63,174 bases of DNA, filler included, from Choristocarpus tenellus KU-1152 (GCA_964200185.2; 13 parts of 13 records of this genome joined end to end with filler, not necessarily neighbours in it), one strand, 5' to 3'. Shown: positions 12,493-24,700, numbered from the whole stretch's first letter. Numbers and translations: made by a program. Notes: a model not told the origin generated them from the letters alone.

Positions 12493-13476
12493 GGTCAAGA
12501 CTGACAACAGGGTCCCTATCAGGTAGTTTTGGGTAGAAACCCTAGCAAACATGCTAAGGTCAAATAAATTTTTGGACACACACACACACACACACAAACA
12601 TCTTTTTTGTGATCACCAACTAGTGATGCTGATGTGCAGTACGCAACATAAACAGAGAGCTAGCTCTGTTCAAGGCCTTTCTAGGGGAAATGATGACTTG
12701 GAGGCCAGAATCAATCTCTTCTGCTTGGCACTATACAACAAATAGAGTGGACTGGACTCAGTCAGCACCTGAGTAATTTCTTAACAACAAAATGAGTTCA
12801 TTTTGACACTCAAACAGACCTGAAGGATGGGGATGAGAAGGTTCGGGATCTGGGCATACTTCTCCAGGAACACTAGTGCATTAGGAACATAGTGATCCCC
12901 AAGGTGCACACATGATGATCCTACCTGTATTGGGAAAATGATCGAGCTTGTGAAAGAGGGCGGACGGCTGCCTACTGCGTTAACGGTACATGGGAGTTGG
13001 TGATGGAAGATTGAGCACGTAACATGTACGTATTTACTCGATATTTTCTTTGACACTGTTGCTTTTTGATTGAAATAAAGTTACATGTTTTGAAGTCACT
13101 TCATTATTATTTTGTTTTAAACTACTTTTTTATTATTTGTAAAAAATGTTCCCAAACATAATTTTTATTTAAAAAACAAAATAAATTTTATAGATTTTAT
13201 ATTTAGAAATAGGGAATTTAAATTTATTATTTGGAATAGTAAAAAAAAATAATTTTATTAGGTGTTTTAAAAAAATAACTCAAAGTTACAAATTGAGTTA
13301 ATTTCAATAATTAAATTTTTAATATTAGAAATATCATTCCCAACTCCTATCGCTCAACACCCATATTGGCCTCAGGNNNNNNNNNNNNNNNNNNNNNNNN
13401 NNNNNNNNNNNNNNNNNNNNTTAATTAATTAANNNNNNNNNNNNNNNNNNNNNNNNNNNNNNNNNNNNNNNNNNNN

Positions 13477-13495
13477 CCCCCAGATACCTTGAGCC
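13477..13495. mobile_element. MITE family A right TIR at contig start
   Basis: CCCCCAGATACCTTGAGCC followed by TCA. Confidence 0.8.
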
Positions 13496-13688
13496 TCAAG
13501 CGATTACTTTTTGGGGGTAATCTATGTAGGTCAACTTGGGCAGGGTTTTATTGGGCTACAAGTTTTTCCGGACTTCCTTATGCTTTCCTTCAATAGTCAA
13601 ATTTTGAGTGCTTGGAACCAAGTTTTTTTTTGAGAGAGATAATAATGTTCTGACATCGCCAAGCCAGCATTCTTCATTACATGTAAAT

Positions 13689-13973
13689 GAGTGAAAGTCT
13701 CTTATTAAGAGAGGGTACGAGTTTTGCCCTGTTTGTCCGTTTGGAGCTTGGCTTCCCACAGGGTTTTTTTTTAATGACATTTTCCTACTCCAAAAATGTT
13801 TCGAAGTAGGTAAAATGTATACGTTATGAAAAGGCGTGTCCGGAACGAGGATATATTGACACTTCCTAACAAATACGATAGCCAAAATTGCATCAAAATT
13901 GCATCAAAATTGCAACATTGAATTTCGGTCCCCAAACGGACGCAACTCTACCCCCTCTAAGATACTTTGACTC
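13689..13973. mobile_element. MITE family B copy 1 (285 bp)
   Basis: GAGTGAAAGTCTCT..GAGGGT ... ACCCCCTCTAAGATACTTTGACTC; colinear with copy 2; flanks AAAT/AAAC. Confidence 0.8.
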
Positions 13974-14018
13974 AAACCAAATCGTCACTGGTGTTTCGAA
14001 ATAACTTTCATCTGTCAC

Positions 14019-14328
14019 CTCAATTTCGATGATGTGATAGAGCTTAGGTCGTAGAAGTAAGACTTCTGTGTTTGTGCCTGCTATCACCGTAAACTGCTCC
14101 ACCATGCCTTGAGTGCCTTTTCCCCCCTTGGCAAAAGTGAGCAATCCAGATTCCCCGAAGTACTCCCCCGCCTCGAGGGTAGTCAAGATGCGCTTCTCTG
14201 TCTAAGAAATGGAGAGGATGTTGTTTTGACGGCATCAGGGCATTCGTTGCTTGTGTTCGAAGGAGAGTGAAAGCATCTCAGAGGGTATGAGTTTCGCCCT
14301 ATTTGTCCGCTCGGGGCTGGGCTTCCCA

Positions 14329-14359
<31 letters not shown>

Positions 14360-15724
14360 ATGTTTTCCTACTCCGAAACACTTCGGAGTTGGTAAAATGT
14401 GTACTTTTTCGAGTAGGTATAATATATAAAACTATAAAAAGGTGTGTCCGGATCAAGGGTATTGATTGACACTCCCTGTTAAACACGATAGCCAAGATTA
14501 CATCAAAATCGCAACATTGGATTTTGGTCCCCAAATGGACGCGCAGCTCTACCCTCTGAGGTACTTTGACTCAGGAGGATGGCAAGTAGGGGAGTGAGAC
14601 AGAGTTTGTGTGTAGGGCCAGAGCTGTCCTGTAGCACTACGAAAAAAGGTCTGAGTGGAACAGTCAGACGGGCTGTGCTCTGAGGTTGCCCTGACTTTAG
14701 GAGTGGTTGCAGTACACACATGTTGTGGCAAGGTGGTCATCTTTCTGCCAGCTTCATGGTGTCTACCTATCATGGGACTGGCTAGTTTGGCTAGGTGGTG
14801 GGATGTCCAGATTGAGGTATCTCATACGGTGTGAAACAGACTTTTCCAATCTGATCCGCTTCACCTTGTAGACGCTGCTGACTTCTCCCTTGCCAGCATG
14901 CCCAGCGCCTGATGACCTAAGACCGACGCTTTTCCTGACCTTTGACCTATCTTGTTGGCGTATTCGCCTCTTCTTCACCTACGCAAATTATAGATTTTAA
15001 AACGTTTATATTCCTAAGCCTTCCACATCGTTCATGTTGTACCCGATCTGTTTTGAGTATGTGCATGATTGCAAGAACCAAGCATTTGCTCCACTTCTGT
15101 CCTGCTTTGTCCAATGCCTTAGCACGATTAAGTGGCGACCCCTTCAATCAAAATGACCTGCCACTCCTCTGCGCACTACTATGTCCACAAAATTGCTTGA
15201 ACCTGGTAACTTGGGTTGAAGTTCCATTTACCTGGATAACTTCGACTGTTCCAGCTGTGATGAAAAACAGCGCCTTTGACATCTCTCCAGCTTGGAGGAT
15301 GATCTGAAGTAGCACACAAGAAGATGAGAAAGAGAGGAGGGGAGATTCTCCATTTCTAATTGTATGGAAGGCATTGATGTCAATTCTTTATTAATGGTTT
15401 TTTTGGAAGGCATAATTTGTAGAGGGGAGATGAGACAGTGTTAATATATATGCATTCAAGGGCATTGGGATACAGAACAGAGTCTTTCTTAATACATGCA
15501 CACACAACCTGTGTTTATGGGAATCTACCCTAACCCTGGCAACGCACAACTGTTCCTATTGCGAATAGTTCCTATTCTGAATATATCAATAAACGTAGGG
15601 CACAATCTTGAGGGTGAAAAATGTTTTTTTGCGTACCTTGTCCTTGGGGTATTCCTCATACTGAAGGAGATGAGCAAAGCTGAACAGCCTGTAGGGGCTG
15701 ATCTTAGACAGAACGGCTACTTTC
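14019..15724 (-). CDS. Cyclic-nucleotide-binding domain (CAP_ED/cNMP) protein, internal exons
   Basis: GT-AG, phase-compatible exons: 15724-15637 (KVAVLSKISPYRLFSFAHLLQYEEYPKDK), 15303-15232 (IILQAGEMSKALFFITAGTVEVIQ), probable 14978-14865 (38-aa basic insert) and 14201-14019 (TEKRILTTLEAGEYFGESGLL...TVIAGTNTEVLLL). Together they give the canonical cNMP-binding fold with G.YFGE. Confidence 0.88.
14265..14572. mobile_element. MITE family B copy 2 (308 bp), TSD AGGA
   Basis: GAGTGAAAGCATCTCAGAGGGT ... ACCCTCTGAGGTACTTTGACTC with AGGA on both sides. Confidence 0.85.
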
Positions 15725-16056
15725 CTGGATGAGGTCGTAAGGGGAATATATCCAGTCAGTCTCCTTATATATCGCTTGAACTAGCAGCTCCAACTGGATT
15801 GATGTAGGAAGCAATGTCTATTGAAGGGTGAAGGGGAGGAGGAAGGAGCTGAGTTCAAGTCTTCTCTTTTTCTTTTTTTTTTCACATTCTTGCCCACATG
15901 TTTCATACTTTCATTCAAAATACCTTGCACACTCAGTGCCCAGAATTTGTGAAAATATTCTGACTCGGGTGAAATTTTGATGCTCTCTGGTGCATAGTTG
16001 TTTATGGATGGCGTGCATCTTACTCTAGGAATGGCAGGTGGCGATTGTCAAGATCC

Positions 16057-16184
16057 GGCTCAAAGTATCTTGGGGGGGGGGGTGGCAGCTGGCCATTTGG
16101 GGCCAATTTTTTCATGTCGCGATTTTTGGGTGATTTGGTTCCATACATTGGATGGATAATGAAAGTACACTTTTCCTGGTTTTG
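16057..16184. mobile_element. MITE family A, truncated by contig end
   Basis: GGCTCAAAGTATCTTGGGG plus the family A internal sequence, in reverse orientation to 5096. Confidence 0.88.
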
Positions 16185-16284
16185 NNNNNNNNNNNNNNNN
16201 NNNNNNNNNNNNNNNNNNNNNNNNNNNNTTAATTAATTAANNNNNNNNNNNNNNNNNNNNNNNNNNNNNNNNNNNNNNNNNNNN

Positions 16285-16440
16285 GGTGGCTGTCCATTTG
16301 GGGTCAATTTTTTCATGTCGTGATTTTTGGGTGATTTGGTTACACACGTCGCATGGATTATGTAAATGTACTTTTCCTGATTTTTGGCCCAAATGGACAC
16401 CCTGGTGTAGACCCTCCTCCCCCCCCAGATACTTTGGGTC
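16285..16440. mobile_element. MITE family A, truncated by contig start
   Basis: Family A internal sequence ending CCCCAGATACTTTGGGTC. Confidence 0.88.
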
Positions 16441-17883
16441 GAAGGTGAAGGAGGAAGTATTTATATATTTGATAAACTTGTGACACAGAATTCTTTGCCT
16501 GCATGGGCCGCTTCAGCTGCATCTGAACACTCATTTCCCTCTGCTGGCAATGCAGTCACCCTCAAGCACAACCATTTCTCAGGGGATGTAGTTGGTTACA
16601 CAAGGGTGTTGCACTCTCATGGGAATGACCCTCTCAGATACTTTGGCTCATGAGTGCATATCTACCTTCCAGCCTAAAACAAAATCTCAACATCATTGAT
16701 TGAATTAAATAGAGTTTGTTATTTTGCAGGAAGCATCAACTCCCAAATAGCATTCATTGTTTTGACAATGCTAGCACTAATCGTCTTCCACATAAACGAA
16801 AAGTAGCACCACCTTACCTAACAGCTCCAGGACTCCACCAATCGGTTTTGGTCAACACAGCTCAGTGTGAGTGAAGACACAGTATTACCAGAAAGGATAC
16901 CAGACGAATGATAGACGCAACCCTCCCCACTAAAAGAACCCACAGACATAGAAGGCATGGAGAACTCACTTCTCAGACATAAGAAGTGCCTAAAACGTAA
17001 TGTCCATAGAGTACCTCACAGGAAAGTTTAGCAAAGGAGATCTCAAGATTCATGTCTGGGTGAGTGGTAGAACAATATGCTACCCCTGTTCTGGTCATAC
17101 CTGAATGATTTCATGCAATTCACACAGGGCTGACTGCAGATGGAATATCAGGCACATCTGCAGTAGCAGCTAGTCCCAGGAATGCTGATTGTCTGGTTGT
17201 CTGTTAACCTAGTTGTTAAGCTGGAAAACTGGTGACTTCTACCTTTCACATAGAAGGGGCAGAGGTCAATATTTTAGAGCTGTCGCACCTTCAGTATCGA
17301 TTCAAAAACATTTCTTGCTGAGATTGCATAGATAAATGCGCACACTGCCGCATCATTTGGTCCACACCACAAGCATGGACAGTCGAAACCACAAGAAAAA
17401 ATATTACACTTGTATGTTCTTCGATGAATCAATTCAAACAGCTGCATCTCCAATGAAACGTGTTCTGTACGCTACTCCCTCCTCAACTAAAAGTGACAAC
17501 AATGACTATAAGCTATGGACATTTGCGAGCCAAACCCGCAAGGCAATCAACCAAACGTTGAAAAAAAATACTCTCGAGTATTGAAACTTGACAACATAAA
17601 TAACTGTTGTTGTGAAAAAGTAAGAAGACGAAGAAAAACAAAGACCACACATTTCCTAATTCAAGTACTGCAGAGTACATGCTGAATACCTTACATACTA
17701 ACACTAGCAACTCGTCTCAATCGTGCTCTATGTACAAATGCGTATCCCTCGAGTCTGGTACTAAGTTGCGAATGTCCACCCACTGCCTCGTCCACGTTCA
17801 CACACAATTAGACGACCAATACATAATAAACACAACTATGATAAAATACTGTCTACAACTAACGACCGAACTCCATACTCATG

Positions 17884-18879
17884 TCAATAAAATTCATTGC
17901 AAATATCAATTCCTGCCGGCCACAACATTCCATCCACAGCCTCATTGATACAGCACCCGATGATCAACAGTTTGAAATCGGCAGGCCACACCATTCCGTC
18001 CACATCGTGTTTGAAGCCATCTCCGATTTTCAGCTGCTGCAGGTTGACTGGCCACTTTACTCCATCAATGCTCTGGTTGAAGAAGTTTCCGAACGTAATC
18101 TTCTCAAGCCCTGCAGGCCACCTCACATAATCAACTGCCTGATTAAAGAACTCCCCGAAAGTAAGGTGTCTAAGCTCCGTTGGCCAAACCACCTTTTCCA
18201 CAGGCTGGTCATAGCGAGATCCGAAGGTCAGATGCTCGAGTCCCCTTGGTAAGATTATCCCATTGATCGATTGGTTGAAGTACTTGCCAAAGGTAAGTCG
18301 CTTGAGCGCCGATGGCCATCGTATCCTGTCCAGGGCCTGGTTGAAGTTTTCTCCAAATACTAAATTTCGAAGCCCTGCTGGCCACTCCATGCGGTCCATC
18401 GGTTGGTCGAAGCGCTTCCCAAACGATAAATGTCGTAGGTCTACTGGCCACTTAATCCCCTCTATAGCCTGGTTAAATTGAGATCCGAAGGACAGCTGCT
18501 GGAGTCTACGGGGCCATACTAGCCCATCCAACTTATCGTTGAAGTCTCTTCCAAAAGTCAACTCTTGGAGATCTGACAGCCATCCCTCAGCGCCCATTGA
18601 TATCATAACCTTCATCCTAGGGGACAACTGTGGGAGTTCCCAAGTGAGACGATGGACACGAACAGGAGGTACTCGTGGTAACCTCCCACTATCTGGCTCT
18701 TGGTTCTCCCATAACCAAGGTGGTGTTTGTTTTGCCACCCAAACATGGGCTCCTGTCGTCTCTCGACACTCACGACAAATACCCAAGCTCGTTAGTTGAA
18801 GCTGATTGATGTTTGTGGTCTGAAGCCATCCCCAACTCCTGACCAGCCCGAACACATTCAAAAGCTGATAGTCCACCAT
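17884..18879 (-). CDS. FNIP-repeat protein (331 aa, 10 x 22-aa repeats)
   Basis: Uninterrupted ORF with ten L..L.FG..FNQ.I..V.WP repeats after a ~100-aa N-terminal region ending RVPPVRVHRLTW. Confidence 0.92.
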   Translation of the reverse strand: MVDYQLLNVFGLVRSWGWLQTTNINQLQLTSLGICRECRETTGAHVWVAKQTPPWLWENQEPDSGRLPRVPPVRVHRLTWELPQLSPRMKVMISMGAEGWLSDLQELTFGRDFNDKLDGLVWPRRLQQLSFGSQFNQAIEGIKWPVDLRHLSFGKRFDQPMDRMEWPAGLRNLVFGENFNQALDRIRWPSALKRLTFGKYFNQSINGIILPRGLEHLTFGSRYDQPVEKVVWPTELRHLTFGEFFNQAVDYVRWPAGLEKITFGNFFNQSIDGVKWPVNLQQLKIGDGFKHDVDGMVWPADFKLLIIGCCINEAVDGMLWPAGIDICNEFY

Positions 18880-19855
18880 TAGCCTGGTGCAGATACTGGG
18901 AAATGGAAAGACAACAGTAGAAGTGGGTACGAGATGTTCCTGCTCCTGTTGTTGTGTGTGTCATCTTCATGAATCACGTCACTTTCAAGCTTCCCAACAA
19001 GGAATGAACACGGTGAATTGTCGTTGATGAATTGTGAGAACAATGGGTGAAAGGGTGAAAATGGTTCAGGAGTTTGATTGTTGAGATAAAACAATTATCC
19101 ATCAATTTCTTAACCAGAATTCACTACCTTATCGATGTTTATTAGTTATGTGTGTCAACGAAAGGTTAATTCTTACGTGTAAGCAACCAACAGGAAAAGG
19201 AATGGGGGAACAAGAGTAGTGGAGTGATTTATTTAGATAATAATATTATTTCTATTGGTACATTTGTATGGGAACTATCGCAACCCTAATCAGACGCAAT
19301 AGACACTCACTCCTACTATCAACTCTTCCTGAGGAAGCAGGTTGGTTGTTATTGTACTACAAGTAGTCGTACTGTTTCTGCTCCCTCCTTGCCTCTTGCT
19401 TGTTAGATTCAGCAGTCCCACTGGTCGTTGGTCCCCCTCTAATCTTGTCTTGGACCTGTGTCGAAGTTTCCACTTTTTTGTTTGATCTTGGTCTGGCTTC
19501 TCTGTAGTATGGTGAAAGAGAGGATAGTACACGTGTATTGTCCGTTCTTCTAGTTGCCACCTAGAGTACGATAATCGAACCCAGGTTTCAGTGAAAAAAG
19601 TCTAGAACCAAAGAAAGGGGTTTGAAGCCCCGGAATTTACAAGTAGCCACCACCTTATCACCCACATGAGGATGTCAAAATTAGGGAAATCCACACGGTA
19701 AGGGGTCAAGGTATATTCGTTTATGGAAACAGATTATGAAAATGTGATACAAGTATCGTTTACCTACACACATTTATTGCTGTCAGCAAACTTCCAAACG
19801 GCACACTATTAGCTCAAAACCAACCCTGTTGGATCCCACTCTTTAGTGACAAGGG

Positions 19856-21320
19856 GTGTCTGAACACAATGGAAGACACTCGAACCAAGAAACAGAAATC
19901 CTGGCGTCCTGGAACACAGACAACGAATTCCATGTGAAGTTTGGCACTGAAAAGTCTGTCATGAGGACACAAATACAGTACGGAGATCTATTTTTGGAGA
20001 ATGATGCTGCAGAGGAGATGATAGAGATGGAATCGCACAGGATGAGGTAAAGGTAGGAGGTTTGTTGAGGTGCGCAGACACACAATGAAAGGTTTTCCCA
20101 ACACCGCTTGAGGCGTTTGCATTATTTGGTGTTTAGAGTATATGTGGTCGTTGATAGGACCTATGGTCACTCCTTAAACAAAAAACAAAGGTTTAAGCCC
20201 CAACATAAGTGGGAGTCCTTACAAGCCATCACAGATCAGTTACAGTGGTTGAACTGTCTATTATTCAATTGAATTATCAAGACCTGACCATAAGATCGAT
20301 CACGGCGCTAGAATTGGCTGGGGGAGACCAACACGTGATCGTGATAGCTTGCTGGAGCTTAGAGCGTACACAAGCGGGTAGAAACCAGCAGAGCGACTAG
20401 ATTGAAGGGGTTCAACATGTCTCGGAACAACGGAGATGGAACTGGCGTAGCGTAGGGGGGCTTGCGTGAGACCGATTGGTCTACGCTGCAGATTGCGCAG
20501 CATATTCAACTTCTGCGAGTTGAGAGACTGGCAGAGAAGGAGGCGAGGGAGTTTCTGACAGCCCAGCGGGAATATGAGCTGAGCGTTAGGGTGCAGCACT
20601 CAAAAGGAGGTGTAAAAATTGCGCTTATGACGCTGGCCGAGTCCCTAACCGTTGCTCAGAGACGAGCACTGGTGAGGTGCGAACTCAAGAACAATTGGGC
20701 TGCAGCAACGGAGGACAACTCCTAAAAGCACTCAAGAAGGTGGTGCAAGTCGACAATGAAAACCGCACCTTCGAAATTGTGCAAATCCAAGGGGATTTGC
20801 AGAGGGTGGCCCGCATTGGAAATGAAGGGTTTGCCACTGATCCGGTCATGGGAGTAACCCAGGACATCGAGGGCTATCTAGAAGATACCAATCTCGATGG
20901 TGCTTTCCACCGGAATGCAGGACAAGAAGAGGGGGCTTGAAGGGCAGGGCTGGGGAAGGTACTCTCGGAGGCCCTTATTGCAGGGCTCAAACCCCCTGCG
21001 TTTAAGGAAGAAATTAACAAGCATGTATCATGGGACCCTGAGCTCAATAAGGATCCAGACCAGATCTTTGAGCTGGTGAAGAAGCAAGTTGAGAAGCGGA
21101 GGACAAATGATAGTGCTCAGGCATTAAAAAACAAACAAACAAGCAAGATAACCTGTTGGCAAGCGCCAGGAGGGGAAGCCGAAGTTCACGGAGAAGACAG
21201 GCAAGCCAGGGGGAGGCACACCTAGTACAAGTTTCAGAGTAAGGAAGGAAAAAATCAAAGAGACTTGTGATGCATGTGGGAAAGTTGGCCATAAACATGC
21301 TCAATATCGGAGCTTGCTGG
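19856..21320 (+). mobile_element. Decayed Ty3/Gypsy junction: pol C-terminus, PPT, short LTR (20063-20205), PBS-like site, gag
   Basis: A chromodomain-like tail (RHSNQETEILASW...FLENDAAEEM) precedes the purine tract GAGGTAAAGGTAGGAGG. Next come TGTTGAGG...CCCCAACA and TAAGTGGGAGTCC. A frameshifted gag-like ORF follows (LIAGLKPPAFKEEI..KDPDQIFELVKKQ) with a degenerate knuckle CDACGKVGHKHAQY. Confidence 0.65.
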
Positions 21321-21369
21321 TTGGAGTCCGGAAGGAATAACAGCAGCATCAGCAGCAGGGGCAGCCACA

Positions 21370-21425
21370 GACCCAAAGTATCTGGGGGGGGGTGGCGGCT
21401 GTCCATTTGGGGCCAATTTTTCCAT
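21370..21425. mobile_element. MITE family A, truncated by contig end
   Basis: ACA then GACCCAAAGTATCTGGGGGGGGGTGGCGGCTGTCCATTTGG. Confidence 0.88.
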
Positions 21426-21525
21426 NNNNNNNNNNNNNNNNNNNNNNNNNNNNNNNNNNNNNNNNNNNNTTAATTAATTAANNNNNNNNNNNNNNNNNNN
21501 NNNNNNNNNNNNNNNNNNNNNNNNN

Positions 21526-21588
21526 ATACATACATACATACATACATACATACATACATACATACATACATACATACATACATACATA
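21526..21588. repeat. (ATAC)n microsatellite
   Basis: Perfect tetranucleotide run at contig start. Confidence 0.95.
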
Positions 21589-21747
21589 ATTCATATATGC
21601 ACATATTGTGGTCCCAAACAAAGTCAACTCATTGGTACAGGTGTGCGACGCTTTTGACCAATGTGCGAGACCCTCCTGAATTGAAAGAACAAACAACAGA
21701 CCAACAAATTCAACACAACCCCAAAATTTTCAACCCACTCCTTACAG

Positions 21748-24700
21748 TCGATGACAGAAATGTTTGGTTACAGCGTTAAGGACACAGTGATCACAGTGCC
21801 AGAATTTGCCACGGCACACGAGAGGAATGCCCTTTTGGATGCTGCAGACTTGGCTGGCCTGACTGTACTGGCTCTCATGGATGAGAACACTGCTGCTGCC
21901 CTCCAGCATGCTATATCCCAGACCTACACGGAAGATGCAAATGTACTCTTCTATAACATGGGTGCCAATTCCCTACAGGTATCAGTGCAGGAATGAGATG
22001 TGTGGGTCAGGGTTAGGGTTAGGCTTAGGGAGGGGGGATAAGGGGGTGGGGAGGGTGGGTGGTGGGGGAGTACTCACCACACCAGAGAACCTGCAGTGCG
22101 AGGGTGTTTGGTGCGGGTTTGTGTGTTGAGGTCTTTGTTTGGTTTTTGTTTGGTTTTGAGGTTTGATCTTATCGATTTGGTACTTTAAGGGTACCCACTG
22201 GTAGAGGTTGAGTCTGTCCACAGGAGGCATTAACGAATGTTTTGAAGGTCTTTGTAGTAAGGAGTACAATCAGAAGGTTGATGTTTCGACAGGTTCATGG
22301 TGTATAGCACATGGTGTATAGCACTCCAGTCCTGTGCAGTAAGTTTGAAATTGTGGCACTGAGTCCTCATGGTGGCCATAGATGTGCCAGGTCTGGTCCT
22401 GGATTAATGGCCATGGAAGGATGGTATTAATAGTCTTGGGTCCTAATCTGGTCTGAGTTCTGCTTGAGGTATAATTCTGGGTCCATCCATGGACCTGGAC
22501 CTCGTCCTGGACCAGAAGTGTTCGACTTAGATTGTTGGTGTTATGGAACCTGCGAAAAACTCTGTTGAGAGGATTTATTGCTTGCTTGTGTGTGGTCTTG
22601 TTTGGTGGCATGGAAGATGTTTAGCTGGTTGTTGCTGCTGTGATGCATTGGTTTTAATATTATTAGTAGTATTAGTATTGTTTATGGGTTAAAATTGCTC
22701 TTTTCATACTCGGTATTGATGCACCAAAGTTGCTGGTGTGATGGCCACAATTGATCCTACATTAGGTTGTTTCCATGAGCAAGCTTGTTTATCCCTGTGC
22801 TGGCTGTAGTTTATTAGCGAACCAGGAGATGCTGGTGGAGGTTTGTTCCTGCTGATTCATTTTCTTGTGTTTTTGGTCTGTTGTGAACTTGTGCTCTCTC
22901 TCTCTCTATATATATATATATTACAGTTGTACTTGTGCATGTATTTAAAATGTGTGTGTTTGTGTGTGAATGTGTACCGTTTCATAGGTGTCCATTATTA
23001 CTTTTGGCCCCAAGATGGTTACGTTTGGTGCTAAGAAGGATGAGATCAATGTTGGCAAAGTGGTGGTGAGGGGAAAGGCTTGGGATTCAGCACTGGGGGG
23101 TTGGTGGTTCGATCACAAGCTGACTGAAATGCTTGCACAAGGGTTTAATGCTAAGGTGCGAAAAACTAAAAGAAGGAATTGTTTTGGTCTTTTTCCAGAA
23201 GAGACGGGGGGGGGCAGGGAGCTTTGTATGTGATACGTCCGAAGGAGTAGTAGGAGTAGTTTGAGGCATGATACGTGTGGTTCATGTTCTGGAGTATGCT
23301 ATCTTATTTTTTCTGTTTGTGCTATCCCGGCACTATTTTATAATCATTTTGTAATACCTCACCACCTTCTTGTGTCTTATCTTCTTTTTTCCTTGTGGTA
23401 ACTGTAACCCTGACCAATGGCGTCCAATGCTGTTGTGCTGTTTTGTTCCCTTTTGTTTTTCCCTTTGTTACAGTGGGGGAAGGGGGATGTGCGTGAGTTT
23501 TTGCGCCCCATGGCAAAATTGCAGGCTCAGACGACCAAGGTGAGGTGATTTGATGTTTTGTCATGGGAAGGAGTCAAAACAGCCTTGGAGATTTGAGAGG
23601 ATTTGATACTTGTGTGTATGGTAGGGTATAGAACAGTTTTGGACTTGATGGGATGGGACATTTATAGATGCAGAATTTGTGGAGGGTAGGGTAGAGTGGG
23701 GATGCAGTGTGGAAGCCATTTGTTTTACTTTGTTAGCCTCTTGTGTGTGTGTGTGTGTTTTTTTTTTTTTTGAGGTATAGCAACTCCGAGGACAGTTGCC
23801 CCTGGTGTTGCTTGGCAGGCTGACTATACTTCCATCTTTTCTACCATAACCCTAATGACCACATTTCTTTTTTTCCGAATTATAATTTTTTGGAGTCATG
23901 CTATCATTAATTATGCTGTGGGGGCTAGGGTTAGGGATATTGCAAGACTGTGTTTATGTATGTGGTATTTGTAGTTGGTATAATGGATGCTTATTTAAAG
24001 CGACGCTTAAGTTTCCTGTTGGAGTTTCGTGTAAGAGCCTGTGAGCATTGGATAGAAGTGGCCAGCGCTCAGCAAGAGACAAGGTTACATTTATGCTGCA
24101 GATAGTACTCTGGAGTATTGTACTGTGATGCAGATTATTAGAATGGTGTTATGATAGCCCAAGTGAGAAGAAGTAGAGCCATGTTCGTCGTACTGTGTAA
24201 CAGGGTTAAGCTAGTAAACATTGACCAGTAAGGAGATCAGGATGTTCCTTTTGAAGGATTTCTGACATTAATGGCTGAAGTGTGTGTTACTTATTTTAAA
24301 GTGTCACAAACTTTTTGCACTTTTCGTGTTCAGCTCCCCTCCCCTCCCCACCCCGCTTTTCCTTTTGTATCATGTCTTACCCATTGCAATTTGTGTGTCC
24401 TTCCTGTCCCATTCTCTAATTGCCATCCTGCCCCTCCCCCAGCCCTGCCTCCTCCCCCAACTCTCTTTTCTTGGCCAACCTCCGAAAATACCAACATTAA
24501 CACCACAGCATTTGGTTTACACGCCATGTATGTCCATTTCAATACTACCCTTGATGCACACAGGTGAAGAAGGTATTATCAACCAACACAGAGATACCAG
24601 TGACTCTGCAATCCCTTCACGATGACATAGACTTCACCACCACTGTGACCCGGGCAGCCTTTGAGGAGGCGAGCAAGGATCTGCTGACCAGGGTGACCGA

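Noticed and set aside
17884-18879. Endogenous giant virus region
   Set aside because: No NCLDV core genes or gene-dense intronless neighbourhood; one FNIP gene is insufficient.
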